Source: Chrysemys picta bellii (taxonomy: Eukaryota). From it: 64,000 nucleotides of DNA. Positions 26,561 through 39,820 of this stretch are shown here, piece by piece (position 1 is the first letter of the stretch; every line of letters begins with the position of its first letter). The stretch lies in NCBI RefSeq assembly GCF_011386835.1, contig NC_088792.1, forward strand, positions 82,522,001 through 82,586,000, written 5' to 3'. Both the position numbers and the translations under genes were made by a program. The notes below the pieces were generated by a model. The model was not told where the DNA came from. It made no database searches and worked only from the letters and a program-made list of their open reading frames with translations.

Positions 26561-27308
26561 GAGTGGGAGAGAGATCCACATGTGGCTCTTGGAAGAATCC
26601 CACCATTAGTCAAAAGAGCATGACTCCTAATCCAGTACGGTTATGAATGTGCATTATAGCATACCTTAGCAGCACACAAACCAGAATGTGGGGTCCTGTA
26701 CAGATAAGTATACCTTGGGGGCATTTGACTGAAAGCTGTCATTAGGAAGGGGGTGGGTGTGATATGGAACACAGCTGAAAGGATGTTGGTTTGCTTACAA
26801 AGCAGTATTTTAATGATTGAATTAAAATACTCAGTATTTAATGGGAGTGGGTTAATATAAGTGCAAGAACATCTTTCAAATGTTCAACGGTATTTATTTT
26901 TCAAAATTTACCCGCGTGACTTAATGTGAGCTGATGACTTCCCCCACCCTGCTCTAAACTAATCCCTTTCATGAGATTTGGCTTTTTAAACCAAAAAATT
27001 TTTTTGACTAAAGTTCAAATCAAATTCTCTCTCCAGATTTGTGTTTCCTCCTCACACTGCTCAGCCCACAATCTAGATCCTCCCTCCCTCACACCCCAGA
27101 ATGTTTGGTCAGGGCTGCAGTCTCAGAAGCCTGTTTCCGCCTCTTTCATTCCCTTCATGCTCCACATTACTGGGCAGGGCTGGCTTTGGTCCCAGTCTCC
27201 AGGGCAGAACATTAACCACTTCCTCACCTGGTTTACTGTGGGGTTTTATGACCTCGTGAGATCCAAAAGTTGGTAGCAGCCTGCAGCATATCTGCATAAA
27301 AGTCAGTA

Positions 27309-27837
27309 CAGTAGAACCTCAGAGTTACGAACACTAGAGTTACAAACTGACCAGTCAACCACACACCTCATTTGGAACTGGAAGTACGCAATCAGGCAAC
27401 GGCACAGAGACCAAAAAAAAAAAAAAAAAAAGGCAAATACAGCACAGTACTGTTTTAAACCTAAACCACTAAAAAAATAAAGGGAAAGTTAAAAAAAAAT
27501 ATTTGACAAAGAAAGGAAACTGTTTCTGTGTTTGTCTTATTAAGATAGCTAAAAGCAGCATTTTTCTTCTGCATAGTAACATTTCAAAGCTGTATTAAGT
27601 CAATATTCAGTTGTAAACTTTTGAAAGAACAACCATAATATTTTGTTCAGCGTTACGAACAGCCTCCATTCCCAAGGTGTCTCAAACTCTGAGGTTCTAC
27701 CAGAGGTCCTGGAATAACAGATGCGGGGGATGCTGCCACACCCCCTGGCTTCCATTATATACAGGGTTTACAGTTTGGTTCAATGGCTCTCAGCACCCCC
27801 ACTATACAATTTTTTCCAGCACCCTAGGGTTCTACTG
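27309..27837 (+). mobile_element. Tigger-like MITE whose right TIR is split by a hAT insertion
   Basis: Left TIR cagtagaacctcagagtt after TA (27307-08). Right TIR aactctgaggttctac|...|tg, followed by TA at 27838-39. Confidence 0.88.
27701..27827. mobile_element. Short hAT element inserted in the Tigger TIR
   Basis: 8-bp TSD GGTTCTAC at 27693-27700 and 27828-35; ends cagaggtcctgga / tccagcaccctag. Confidence 0.85.
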
Positions 27838-28191
27838 TATTTAGAAAGAGAAGGCAACACATAAAGAAGCTTTTATCCTTTTCAAAGTTAAGTATAAAAA
27901 AATTAAAACATGGCTCTGGACAGAGAAAAGTAGCTTCAAGAAAACCTCAATAAGTACTTGCAGTATCCAATGCGCAGTATTATGAGGGCTTATATCCTCT
28001 GTAGACTTCAGCCACTGCAGAGTGACAATTACACACACTTGTGCAGATATGGCATTCCATCCAGTAGAGACCCATGACATACAACATAGGGGAAGGTCAC
28101 AGGAGATACACACACACACACACACACACACTTTGCACATCATTATATAGGTAACAATAAAAGTAACAGCAATCTTTATGTAACTCTAGAG

Positions 28192-28504
28192 CAGGGATCA
28201 GCAACGTTTGGAACGCAGCCCGCCGGGCCGGTTTCTTTACCTGCCGCATCCGCAGGTTCGGCCGATCGCAGCTCCCACTGGCCACGGTTTGTCGTCCCAG
28301 GCCAACGGGGACTGCGGGAAGTGGCGCAGGCTGAGGGATGTGCTGGCCGCTGCTTCCCACAGCCCCCATTGGCCTGGAGCAGTGAACCGCGGCCAGTGGG
28401 AGCCGCGATCGGCTGAACCTGTGGACGCTGCAGGTAAATAAACCAGCCCAGCCCACCAGGGTGCTTACCCTGGCGGGCCACGGGCCAAAGGTTGCCGATC
28501 CCTG
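28192..28504. mobile_element. Non-autonomous hAT element
   Basis: TIRs cagggatcagcaac / gttgccgatccctg; perfect TSD CTCTAGAG (28184-91, 28505-12). Confidence 0.93.
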
Positions 28505-28955
28505 CTCTAGAGCTTTGCTATTTTCCCCAAGCCAGGTCAACTTTAAACACAGTCAGAAACCTTGAGTTGAATGAGCCAGTTGTTACAACTTTAGGATGGA
28601 TCTAAAATTGGTAAGTGATGAGATTATTCTTTATTTGTGTTGTAGTAGTGGCTATAGGCCCTGATCCAGAATGGGTGCAAGGCTATCTATACGGATATAT
28701 CAATGAGAAGCTACGCGATCTAAAGAGGTAGATTATAAAATGAGACACAATGTGTAGATACTACAAACTGATGGGGCAAACTACAAGGTAACAGTGAGAT
28801 GACAAATGCTAAATTCTGCTGGGCTGCTGTGTCCTCTACCATACACTTCAAAAATGAATTAAATACCAGAACTGAGGTTACTATGTTTAATCAAGCAGTC
28901 ATCCAACATCGGATGATGACATGAAGAGACTGCTAAACTGTGGTTTTCCCCAAGA

Positions 28956-29722
28956 CAAGGGCGGGCAAACTTTTTGGCCTGAGGGCCGCATCAGGTTTCA
29001 TAAATTTGTATGGAGGGCCGGTTAGGGAAGGCTGTGCCTCCCCAAACATCCAGGCGTGGCCCGGCCGCCGCCCCCTATCTGACCCCCCTGCTTCTCGCCC
29101 CCTGATGGCCCCCCAGGACCCCTGCCCCATCCACCCACCCTGCTGTCTGTCCCCTGACTGCACCCGGACTTCCCACCTCTAATTGCCCCCCACTGCCCCA
29201 TCCAACCCCCCCTCTCCTTCCTGACTGTCCCCCAACCCATCCAACCACCCCTTCTCCCTGTCCCCAGACTGCCCCTGGAACCTCGCCCCCATTCAACCCC
29301 CCTGTTCCCCACCCTCTGACCGCCCCTACCCCTATCCACACCCCTAGCCCCTGACCACCGCCTCTGTCCTCTATCCAACCCCCTCCAACATTCCCTGCCC
29401 CCTTATCACTCTGCCTGGAGCACCGGTGGCTGGCGGCATGGCTGCACTAGGACAGGCAGCCGTACCGCCCGGCTGGAGCCAGCCACGCACCACGCAGCAC
29501 AGAGCACTGGGTCAGGCCGGGCACTGCAGCTGCGCTACCACAGGAGCTCGCAGCCTCGCTGCCCAGAGCATTGCACCCGCAGCACAGTGAGCTGAGGCTG
29601 CGGGGGAAGGGGAACAGCGGGGGAGGGGCTGGGGGCTAGCCTCCCAGGCCAGGAGCTCAGGGGCAGGCAGAAAGGTCCCGCAGACCAGATGTGGCTTGCG
29701 GGCTGTAGTTTGCCCACCTCTG
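28956..29722. mobile_element. Non-autonomous hAT element with internal C-rich minisatellite
   Basis: TIRs caagggcgggcaaact / agtttgcccacctctg; perfect TSD CCCCAAGA (28948-55, 29723-30). Confidence 0.93.
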
Positions 29723-30585
29723 CCCCAAGAACTCACTTTCCAGCTGCTAAATCACGTTTAAAACCACTGAAAATACACAAATGCTTTCCTCATATTACTT
29801 TTTCTTTTAAGCAATTGCTGTACTTGTCACAGGGATGTTATGTAGCACAAATGTGAAAGAACAAGATCAGCAGATTCATGGATAAGAGGGCAGGCAAGTC
29901 AATTTTCTATTAAGATGTAGCCCACACTACGAAACATTTTGAAAACACTTGCGATAATGTATTCGAATTCATCTGAAATAAACTTGCTACAAATTTCAAA
30001 AATCCCTTCGACTCAGAACAAAAAAATTTTAAATAGGGGGATATTTTTAAACTTTAAAAGTTTTGCCTGGGTTTGGGAGGAGGAAAATCAAAGTGACATT
30101 CTGCTCCCTGATAAGAAAAGGCAGCTCCCAATACGAATTGGAAGTTGTGGAATTAGGAGGTTCTCTACTGCCTGCCCTGCTTCCCCTTACTTTTGCTTTT
30201 GGAAATTGGAGACATCTAATACCAGTGGGCAAGGTAGAGAACGTAATCCTCATATTGCCTCCACAAATACATAAGCTTCCAGGCTTTCCAATGTCAGCAC
30301 TTTTTGTACAGAAAGCACAGGGTTTTGTCAGGAGAGCTGTGGTGTTCGCTTTGCTCTGATTTCTAATGAATGGCATTATTATCTCCCTTGTCCCCTTTCT
30401 CAAGGGCCAATATAGCTAAGGCTGCAAATGTCCTGTTATTTTCATACCAGGTTTTCTATTTTATATGACGTCAATTTAACATTTTCCTCATCCAAAGGGA
30501 AATAAGATAGAAGCATAGTACATAAAACAGTCATAACCAAAAGAGTTTGATTGTGTTATTGGAAACTGTGATTATGTATCACCGC

Positions 30586-30713
30586 NNNNNNNNNNNNNNN
30601 NNNNNNNNNNNNNNNNNNNNNNNNNNNNNNNNNNNNNNNNNNNNNNNNNNNNNNNNNNNNNNNNNNNNNNNNNNNNNNNNNNNNNNNNNNNNNNNNNNNN
30701 NNNNNNNNNNNNN
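30586..30713. other. Assembly gap (128 N)
   Basis: Run of N. Confidence 1.
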
Positions 30714-31320
30714 TTAAGGGTGCTAAATCAAGAATTACAGTCGCCTGTGCAACCTTAATTTGGCTTCCTGGTGCGTATGTATTATGATACAGTCTTTAAT
30801 TACATGAGGACTTTTGCCTCATTCAGTGCACAGAATGGACAGTACTCCCTGACTGAGCTGCTATTCGATATTTTATTTTACCCTCATTGTTCTATGTGTG
30901 GTCCCATGCCTTATTTACTGCACACTATTCAAACCCTGTTCTGAAGACAGAATTATTAATTTCCTCTTGGGCTTTTCTATGGTGCTCATCACTAGAGTAT
31001 CTGAACACTTCACAGATATTCATGAATTTATTTTCACAACATGCCTATGTGATGAAAGCTATTATCCCCATTTTACAGATGGGGAACTGAGGCATAAAGA
31101 GATTAAGGTTAGAAGTATCCACTAATTTTGGGACACCTGAGACCTGATTTTTCGGAGTACTTGGCATTACGTATACCGTCAAAGCACAATTCCCATTGAC
31201 TTCAATTGCAGCTGTGAGCACTCAGCACTTCTGCAGATCAGACTCCAATATCTCAAGTTGGGCATCCAGAAAATGAGGAACAACCAATGAAAAGTTTGGT
31301 TGAGTGACTTCCACCACCAC
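30714..31320. mobile_element. Interspersed repeats ending in a MIR-type segment
   Basis: attatccccattttacagatggggaactgaggcataaagagattaagg at about 31060-31110 is the MIR core. Confidence 0.6.
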
Positions 31321-32221
31321 CACCCCATACACACACCCAAATCAAGAGATTAGGTTTAAAAACATGAGATATTTTAAAAATATTAAATTAAGAGTTCTTT
31401 TTATTTGCTTTCTGATTTCTGAGTCTTTAGGGTTCATTTTTCTCCACAACCATGAGGACTACACACTTAAATTTTTAATGAACATCGGAGATTCACATGA
31501 CTGCAGGATCTGGGGCTTTAAGAAAAGCAACATATTTTGTGAGATCCATGATTCACCATGATGGGCCAGTGAGCAGGACTGCTACATGTCCAGTTACCTC
31601 CTGGAGCTACTATTCTAGCAGCTGCAATCCCTCTGGTTCACTTACATGGGCTTTAGGGGCCAAGAAATCTGTGGACACATGAACCCAGTAGGTCCTCCCC
31701 TGCCTTGTGCCTGGCCTATTCTAATCATGGCCTGTGTGCTAGCACTATACAGGGATGGGGCAGAAACCCTTTGTACTGCATATAGGGGATGCAAATGTAC
31801 CCCTGCTCTGCTCAGCCACGTCACCTCTGGTGCATAAAGACAGCAACATGGGTAGAGTTCATCCCTAAGAGTTTAGAATTAAGCCCACAGCATGGACCTT
31901 CTGTAAGACCAGTATAATGCAAGAGAACTTTAGTTAGTATCCATTTCGATTTTAACAGCTATAGCATTTTACAATGACCTGGCTGGTTTCCAGAGAACAC
32001 ATCCTGGGAGACCATCCAAACAGGAATGGTAAATAGAGCAGTGAATTGACATTTCCATGTCAGTGGGAGGAGGACAAGCGAAATTTCAAGTTGGCAGAGT
32101 TGCTAGGGTGATAAAAGAACATTTAATAATAACCAACTATAAAACCCAAATTAGGGATTTGAAAGCCAAATTGGAGTCAAATTGACAAATACCTAGATAG
32201 CAGTGTAAGTGTAAATCATTG

Positions 32222-33040
32222 TGGAATCATAGAAATATAGGGCTGGAGGGGACCTAGAGAAGACATCTAGTACAGCCCCCTGCTCTGAGGGAGAACCAAG
32301 TATAACCATCCCTGCCAACTGTTTGTCTAGCCTTAAAAACCTCCAATGATGGGTATTAACTATCCTGATAGTTAGAAAGTTTCCCCTAATTTCTAACCTA
32401 AATTTCCCTGGCTATAGATTAAGGCCATTACTTCTAGTCATACCTTCAATGGACATGGAGAACAATTGATAACTGTCCTTTTTAGAATAGCCCTTAACAA
32501 ATCTGAAGACTTTATCAAGTCCCCCCAGTCTCCTTTTCTCAAGACTAAACATGCCCAGTTTTTTTAACTTTTCCTCACACGTCAGATTTCGGAAACTTTT
32601 TATCATCTTTGTTGCTCTCCAATTTGTCCACATCTTTCCTAAGAATGTGTAGTGTCCAGAACTGGACACAGTACTCAGCTGAGACCTCACCAGTACTGAC
32701 TAGAGCAGGGCAATCACCTCCCAGGCCTTACATACCACACTCCTATTAATACACCCCAGAATTATATTAGCCTTTTTCGCAACTGTATCATATTGTTGAA
32801 TCATATTCAATTTTTGATCCACTATAAACCCAGGATTCTTTCCAGAAGCACTTTCACCTAGCCAGTTATTCCCCATTTTATAGTTGTGCATTTGATTTTT
32901 CCTTCCTAAGTGTAGTTCTCTGCACTTGTCTTTATTGAATTTCATCTTGCTAATTTCAGATAGATTCTCCAATTTGTCAAGATTATTTTGAATTCTAATC
33001 CTCTCCTTCAAAGTGCTAGCAACCCCTTCCAGCCTGGTGT
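32222..33040 (-). mobile_element. CR1 LINE 3' about 0.8 kb
   Basis: ORFs ...RIQNNLDKLE...MKFNKDKCRELHLGRKN...KKANIILGCINR and ...LEKRRL.. are the CR1 ORF2 C-terminus; tail ...tttctatgattc. Confidence 0.93.
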
Positions 33041-33568
33041 CAACCTATATAAATTTTATTTTATCCATCACTCTCTAGGGGACAGAGAGTTTACCCGATT
33101 TATGTATCCTGTTTATAAAATCCTGCCCCAAAAGAGCAAAGTTAGGAATTCTGAATACACAGTCCTGTATGCAGTTGCACATGATCACACCACACAGCAG
33201 CTTTAAAGTTAGCAGTATATGGTACGAGGAGCTGCACCTTGTAAGGACATAAAAGCAGTACTCTGGGATCTGCACTAGCTTGTATGTGGAATGCAATGTG
33301 TTAATTTTCACCTATAAAGTCAGAGGGGCCAGATTTTTTAGGGGCTTAGCAACAACCATTGGGGGTTGATTTTCAAAATATCTCCGTACCCAAAACACTG
33401 AGCTCTTGGAAGATCTGGCCACTTATTTTGCTTCTAAATGGAAGATGAGCTCTTTCGAAAACCTGAGCTTGATTGTGCTTCATGGGCTCTTAAAAATATG
33501 ACTCTGTGTGTTTTGGAACCTGGTTATGAGAGAGATTGCCTCTCCCCCCATTCCATGTGCCAGTGGTG

Positions 33569-33587
33569 TGATCAGTAGGGGGCGCTC
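33569..33587 (+). promoter_or_regulatory. CTCF-binding-site-like motif
   Basis: TGATCAGTAGGGGGCGCTC versus consensus TGGCCACCAGGGGGCGCTA, in a small CpG-retaining non-repeat patch. Confidence 0.55.
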
Positions 33588-33984
33588 ACGCTGAGCTCGC
33601 TCAGTATGAAGCAGCAGCAGCAGCTGCAGGCATCCTCAACATTGGAACTCGCTCCATCCGTGGCTTGCCAAAGCCCAGGTTTGTTAGCATATCTAGGGAA
33701 GATTATCTTTTTTCTCAGTCTGTTGAGAAGTGAGAGGGCTGAAAATTGTCCTGTGGGCAGAGGTTTTATATGGTTTTGTGTGTGTTTAATTTACAGGACA
33801 GGCATCCAGTGCACGGGATGTTTTATGTTTATATAGGTACTTTATTTTGTCTTTATTTGAATTTTTAAAAAGCCACAGAATCCTCAAACCAGGTTTTGTT
33901 CTCTCTCCTGCTGATAGCAGCTCATCTCAATTGATTGGCCTCTTACAGTTGGTCTGGCTACTCCCACCTTTTCATGTTCTCTGT

Positions 33985-34110
33985 ATGTATAAATATCTTC
34001 ATCGGATGCATAGAATGGAACACACAGAAGTAGGCTGTAGCCCACGAAAGCTTATGCTCAAATAAATCCATTAGTCTCTACGGTGCCACAAGTACTTCTG
34101 TTTTTTTTTG
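33985..34110 (+). mobile_element. Penelope-like terminal fragment
   Basis: ggctgtagcccacgaaagcttatgctcaaataaat...agtctctacggtgccacaagtact. Confidence 0.8.
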
Positions 34111-34449
34111 CAATCAGCTGTTTCACCTAAACTGGTGCCCTGCTCATTCACCTTCAGCCCCAGAATTTTCCTTCTGGTTCAATCACTATGATATCCTGTT
34201 TCTTCCGTTTACTTTCAGTTACTTATTAGTTTCCTTTGCTGTTAGGAATTTTCCATGAAGTCTATATAGGAAATAAAGTGCTAACCATCACCTTGAAACT
34301 CGGTGCTCCCTCTCCTTTGCTGAGAACTGCTGCATGCTGGCTGGAAGACAGTGGGGGAACAGAAAGAGCAGAGGAGCAGAGGCAGCCTGACACAGTGGCC
34401 CTGCGGTGACAGTAAGAGACGTTGCAAGGGAAGCCTTGCTGTATAAATA

Positions 34450-35250
34450 TCAAGTAGGGAGGTATAATTATCTCTGTATACAGTAATACTGAGACCATTA
34501 CTTGAATACTGTGTCCACTTCAAAAAGGCTATTGACAAATTGGAGAGGGTTCAGAAAACAGCTACAAGAATGAAGCAAGGTCTGGAAAAGTTTCCTTACA
34601 ATGAGACATTAAAGAACCTCCAACCACTTAATTTATCCAAGAGATGGTTAAGAGGTGAGTTCATCATGATCTACAAACACCTACACATGGGGTAAGGATT
34701 TCTGAATCTTTGATCTAGCAGACAAAGGCATAAACAAGCTAAGAAGTAGGCGCTAGACAAATTCAGACTGCAAGTAAGGTGCATATTTTTTAACAGTGAT
34801 GTAATTTACCACTGGATCAACTCATCTGAAGACATGGCAGATTCTCCATCATGTGAAGTCTTTAAATCAGTGGCTCTCAAACGTTTTTACTAGTGACCCC
34901 TTTCACATAGCAAGCCTCTGAGTGCGACACCCCCCCTTTATAAATTAAAAACACGTTTTTATATATTTAACACCAATAGAAATGGCAAAGCAGGGATTGG
35001 GGTGGAGGTTAACAGCTCGCAACCCCCCCATGTAATAACCTCGTGACCCCCGAGGGGTCCCAACCCCCAGTTTGAGAACCCCTGCTTTAAATCATGACTG
35101 GATGTCTTTCTAAACGATATGGTATAGCTCAGATTGATGTTATGGGCTTACTGCAGGAATCATTTGGTGAAAATTCTATGGCCTGTGTTATCCAGACTAG
35201 ATGATCATAAAGGTCCCTGTTGGCCTGAAAAACCTATGAATCCATGACTC
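34450..35250 (+). mobile_element. CR1 LINE 3' fragment interrupted by hAT
   Basis: tactgtgtcc...gacaaattggagagggttcag (ORF2 C-terminus) through ...tagatgatcataaaggtccctgttggcctg...ctatgaatc. Confidence 0.85.
34868..35084. mobile_element. hAT (Charlie-type) MITE nested in CR1
   Basis: TIRs cagtggctctcaaac / gtttgagaacccctg; perfect TSD CTTTAAAT (34860-67, 35085-92). Confidence 0.93.
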
Positions 35251-36638
35251 CTGTAGTCCTAGCAAGATAAGTGAGAATCCAATGGGAATGAGGAGATAGG
35301 GGCAGAATTGCAGATTTGAGGGTCACATGAGGTGTTTGACACTTGGCAATTCTATGTTTCCTTCCTACTGGGGTGAGTAAAAAAAGCCGTCCGAATGGCA
35401 GAAGTGGAGATGAAGAACAGCACCCTGATTCATTTATGCCAAAAAGCCATCCCAGGTCACAAATTGCTAACTATAGCAAGCTTTCAATATCACTTTATAC
35501 CTTCTCCTTCCCTCATTATAACCCAGCTTCCACTGAGAGAGCAATACATTGTAGTAATAGGAATTTGGTGTTTGATTACTTTTCTTCTACTGTTGGGGGA
35601 ACTAGTGGGCTAAAGAACTAATGCTTTTGTATTTGTCCAAAATACATTTTTATCTATTCAAATAGATGATTAGGATATTTGAATAGTACAAAGCATTAAA
35701 ATGGAGAAAACAAGAAAAGTCGACAAACTGATAAAGACCCAATTACTTTATTACTTTGCATTCACAAAAAAACACCACCAATTTTAATTCCACATTTTAA
35801 AAAAGATAAAATTCCAATAAATTTTCATATGTTTCATATTTTTAGACAAAGACTGATGGAAAGTCCCCAGAGACACAAGCATCAGCTCTTTGCTTAGAAC
35901 TCCTTTCTACAATTTAGAAAACTAAATTTACCTTTTCCAGCATTTATTTGCTTATTAATAGCCTTCAGGAAATAATAGTTTGCTTCATTTTTATAGGACA
36001 GCTTCTTTCTTGCTTGCTTATTTTATTTAATGTCTGTGGGAAGGATAATTTGGGGCAAGGAGAAAATTGGGTCTTCTTATTATTTTATTATACTTATTAT
36101 TTCTATTACAGTTGTGCTTAGAGGCCCTAATAGAGAATCAGGCCTCCATTGTGCTAGGCACTATACACAAATATAATAAGGAGTCCATGCTCCAAAGAGC
36201 TGCTCCTCATATAATAAAACAACTGGTGGACTAAATAAATTTATGAGTTTGGGGGGAGAAAAAGTAAAGAGTGGATCCTGATCAGTTTAACAAGACTTAC
36301 AGTGCGATTTAAGGATATTTACTCTGTATATTTTGACATATGATGTTGACAATTTGTGTTTTAACAGTTATAAAGTTTTAACTTTTTGAATCTCAACGTC
36401 TATTGTCATTAAATAAGTGTCTGAGCCACCCGACAGTCTCCCACTATGAAAATTTAGATTAAAAAAAAAAACTCTTAAAACCCATTTTTCACAAATGTGA
36501 ACATTTAAAAATTGATACACATTTTAAAAATGCTTAAATAAACATTGATATTACACACCAAAATTATAAAAAAAATCAAAATGAAATTCTGCCAGGCCTA
36601 ATTATTTCCTAAGCTTTTTTTAGTAGAATGGTGTCTTA

Positions 36639-36910
36639 GGCCTGGTCTACATTTGGGGGGAAAGTGAGGGGTCTATCCAAGATACGCAACTTCAGCTACG
36701 AGAATTGCGTAGCTGAAGTCAACATATCTTAGATTGACTTAGAATCACTTACTTCGCGTCCTCGTGGTGTGGGATCGACGGCCGACGCTCCCCCGTTGAC
36801 TCCGCTTCCACCTCTCGCTGTGGTGGAGTTCTGGAGTTGACGGTAGAGCGATCGGTGATCGATTTATCGCGTCTAGACCCGCCGATCCGGCGGGTAGTGT
36901 AAACGTACTC
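36639..36910. mobile_element. PIF/Harbinger-type MITE
   Basis: Ends ggcctggtctaca / tgtaaacgtactc with TTA on both flanks; CpG-rich. Confidence 0.8.
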
Positions 36911-38646
36911 TTAGATTTTTCTGTTTTTCATGCCTCTACTCCAGGAGCCAGATTTTCAGAAGCATATGGAGGTGCAAATCCTGCAAGCAGGAGATGCATG
37001 CACACTCAATTTTTGAAGGGTGACATGCAGAGCAGGTTTGAATGGAAAGATGAACATATACAAACAAGCAGGGCAGATAGCATGGTCTCAAGAATCTGCA
37101 AAGACTACTTCTTTCAGAACCAAAAGAGCTACACTGAGCCAAGATGGCAGGCATGGCTTGGGAAGGCCCACGTGGGGAAGGGCTCCGAGCAATCTTCCAA
37201 TGGATGCTGGGTGAAGCTGCTCAAGTCCAAATTAGGCAGAAACAGAGGGGACAGGCTCCTCAATGTTAACTTTTAAAATGTTTAATATTTTACTCTTTTA
37301 GTTGTTGGGTGCTCATGTCTGCATTACATGCTCGGGCCCAAGATAGAGCTGGAATGGGAACTGCAACCTCAGGCCAGACACATAATAGGATTTAATGTTT
37401 TTCTTCCCTCTTTTGTGCCTTTGTCTGGGATCCAGAGATTGACTGATGCTTGGCCAGGCGTCTCTCTCCAGTTCAGCTATTTCCCTCCATCTCTCTTAGG
37501 CTACACATGGCAGCAGTTCCCCAGGGGCCTTCTTAGTCTTTGGTGGGAACAAGACTGTAAGGAACGAGCCCCACGGTACCACAGAAGAGTATCTTGGGGT
37601 GAAATCCTGGCGCCAATAAAGTCAATTGGAGTTTTGTCAATGATTTTAATAAAGCCAGAATTTCACCCTCTGAGGTAAGAGAGTGGCTCATCAAAGTGCA
37701 CTTATCTCTTTGGGTTTTTACTTCAAATGCAGCTATTCTTCTGCTCTCCCACGTATGTCTCTGTTTATTCTCCCATCAGCAACATAGTAAGAAATGCAGG
37801 TAAGTGATCCAAGTAATTTAAAATGAATCTAAGCTGTGACTTCAGTCTAATCTCTGTATGTCTGGATGGTATTTTTTGATTTAGTGTTTCCCTGCAATAA
37901 TATTAATGTATGTGGAGGAAGGGAGTGAGATTCCACAGATGATTAGAGATGAAAAAAAATCAAAACTCTGGATATGAATTCTGGGGAAGTCTGGATTCAG
38001 AATCAGTTTCAAACTCTGCAGCTCTGTCCCACCTTTATAGATAGATACCTCAATTTCTAATTAAACTATGATTTCGGGTCCAAATCCTGAAGTAATGAAG
38101 TAAAATTCCCATTGAAATCAATTAAAAGTTTTGTCAGATCTTGGCAAAAATATTGATCCCTTTTTGGGATTAGCATGGTAGAATTGCTCAACTATTGATA
38201 ATTCAAAATTGCATTGATGATCTATCACAGCATTAATATAAAACTATTTAGGTCACATGATTCTGTGTGAGCCAACTAGTTTCCATTTGGAAATATAGGT
38301 AGTTTGTGAAGAAAGAGGGGCAGCAACAGAGCTGAGGGGGCTCTGGTGAGGCTATACCTACCACTCACCTTAAGAACGCCAAATCACTAAATTGGATTAA
38401 GTTATGCCACCTCCCCCGGCAGGACCAAGTAAGCAGCTCCCCTGGGACTGGAGGCAGACCCACAAAGAAACCCTGCTACTCACCAATCCAAACAGTCAGT
38501 GTTACCAAGGACTGCTACCTGTGGGTCACTGTCACTGCCATGTAAGGAGGGAGTTAGATGGACTGTTGCCAAAGTTACTGGGGGTGCAAGTAGTTTCTGT
38601 TCTTCATGTGTGTGTATATATATATATATATACACACACACATACA

Positions 38647-38852
38647 CAGGTCTGTCGCATCTTATACTGGGGTTACGTTCCGCAGTCAGCGGGTAAAGCG
38701 AAAATCGCGTATAGTCAAAATTACATTGAGTGGAATGGCAGGCGGAATCACCCGCACTACAGGTACAGTATTAAAATTGTTATTTTTCTCTTTTTTTTGT
38801 TTTTGCTGACCACGTAAAGCTGAACTTGCGCATGTTAAATGTGACAGACCTG
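38647..38852. mobile_element. Tigger-like MITE inside a microsatellite
   Basis: TIRs caggtctgtcgcatctta / ttaaatgtgacagacctg. Confidence 0.8.
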
Positions 38853-38895
38853 TGTGTCTGTGTGTGTGTGTATGTGTGTATATATATATATATAT

Positions 38896-38925
<30 letters not shown>
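38853..38925. repeat. Compound (TG)n(TA)n(GA)n microsatellite
   Basis: Seen directly. Confidence 0.95.
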
Positions 38926-38929
<4 letters not shown>

Positions 38930-39689
38930 TGTCTTTTCCCAAGGTCATGACTGTGTTCCCTTATCCCTAATAAAGACTTCCTTGTTTGTACACATTCTCA
39001 GAGTACTTGCAAGTAGGAAGCTCTAGGGCACTCAGGGGGGATACATTTCGTTTCCCAGTTTTCTGGGAGGGGTCGCGATACAGTTTAGTTATTTGTCGCA
39101 AGGGACCCGATATAGACTGAACGGGGCCTTTACACAGCTTGCTCTATTTACTTCTTGAATCTAGCACAAATAACGAAATTCCACAAAGAGGGGTATTTGT
39201 TAACACATAAAATGGCTCCTATTCAATCCACACATCATAATAATGACAGTCAGGGCCTCGTGTATAATGTGATAATGGTTCGGTAGACACCCAGTACAGA
39301 TTACAGCTATCTATCATATTTGTTTGTTTAGATTTTACCATTTAAGCACAAATGACTTAAAATGATCTGTCCGTACAGTTATAGGGTATGTAACCCCATG
39401 TTCTTATCACAGTTACCCTATCTTTGTTCCTTCTTTACCTGTTTGTGAAAGCTATTCACTGTGTCTCATCTTATACTGTAATGTCATTAGGGCAGAGACA
39501 GTCTCTTGATATGATTTTTACAGCACTCAGTACAACAGGGCATCAGTATGCTACTATAAACAAAAAACAACACGCAGCTACTCAAACAGTCACAAGCATT
39601 TACCATTTTGCACATTGCTGCACAAATCTCCATGTGTACCTTATAAATCCCACAAAATGGTCTCTCCCAGCCCCACCCCCTTATTGCCA

Positions 39690-39820
39690 TTATTTATTAT
39701 TTGTATTATCATAGTGCTTAGGAGCCCAGTCATGGGCTGAGACCCCATTGTGCTAGGTGCTGTACAAACACAGAACAAAGAAATGGTCTCTGCCCCAAAG
39801 AGCTTACAATCTAAGTAGAA
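39690..39820 (-). mobile_element. L2 3' end
   Basis: ttattatttgtattat...cccattgtgctaggtgctgtacaaacacag...gagcttacaatctaa. Confidence 0.7.

Noticed and set aside
28595-28610. 16-nt exon candidate before a strong GTAAGT
   Set aside because: Acceptor is weak, longer versions have stops in all frames, and the phase does not fit the other plus-strand candidates.
36930-37276. About 110-codon plus-strand open frame after an acceptor-like site
   Set aside because: No recognisable domain and no donor; ORFs this long occur by chance in 64 kb.
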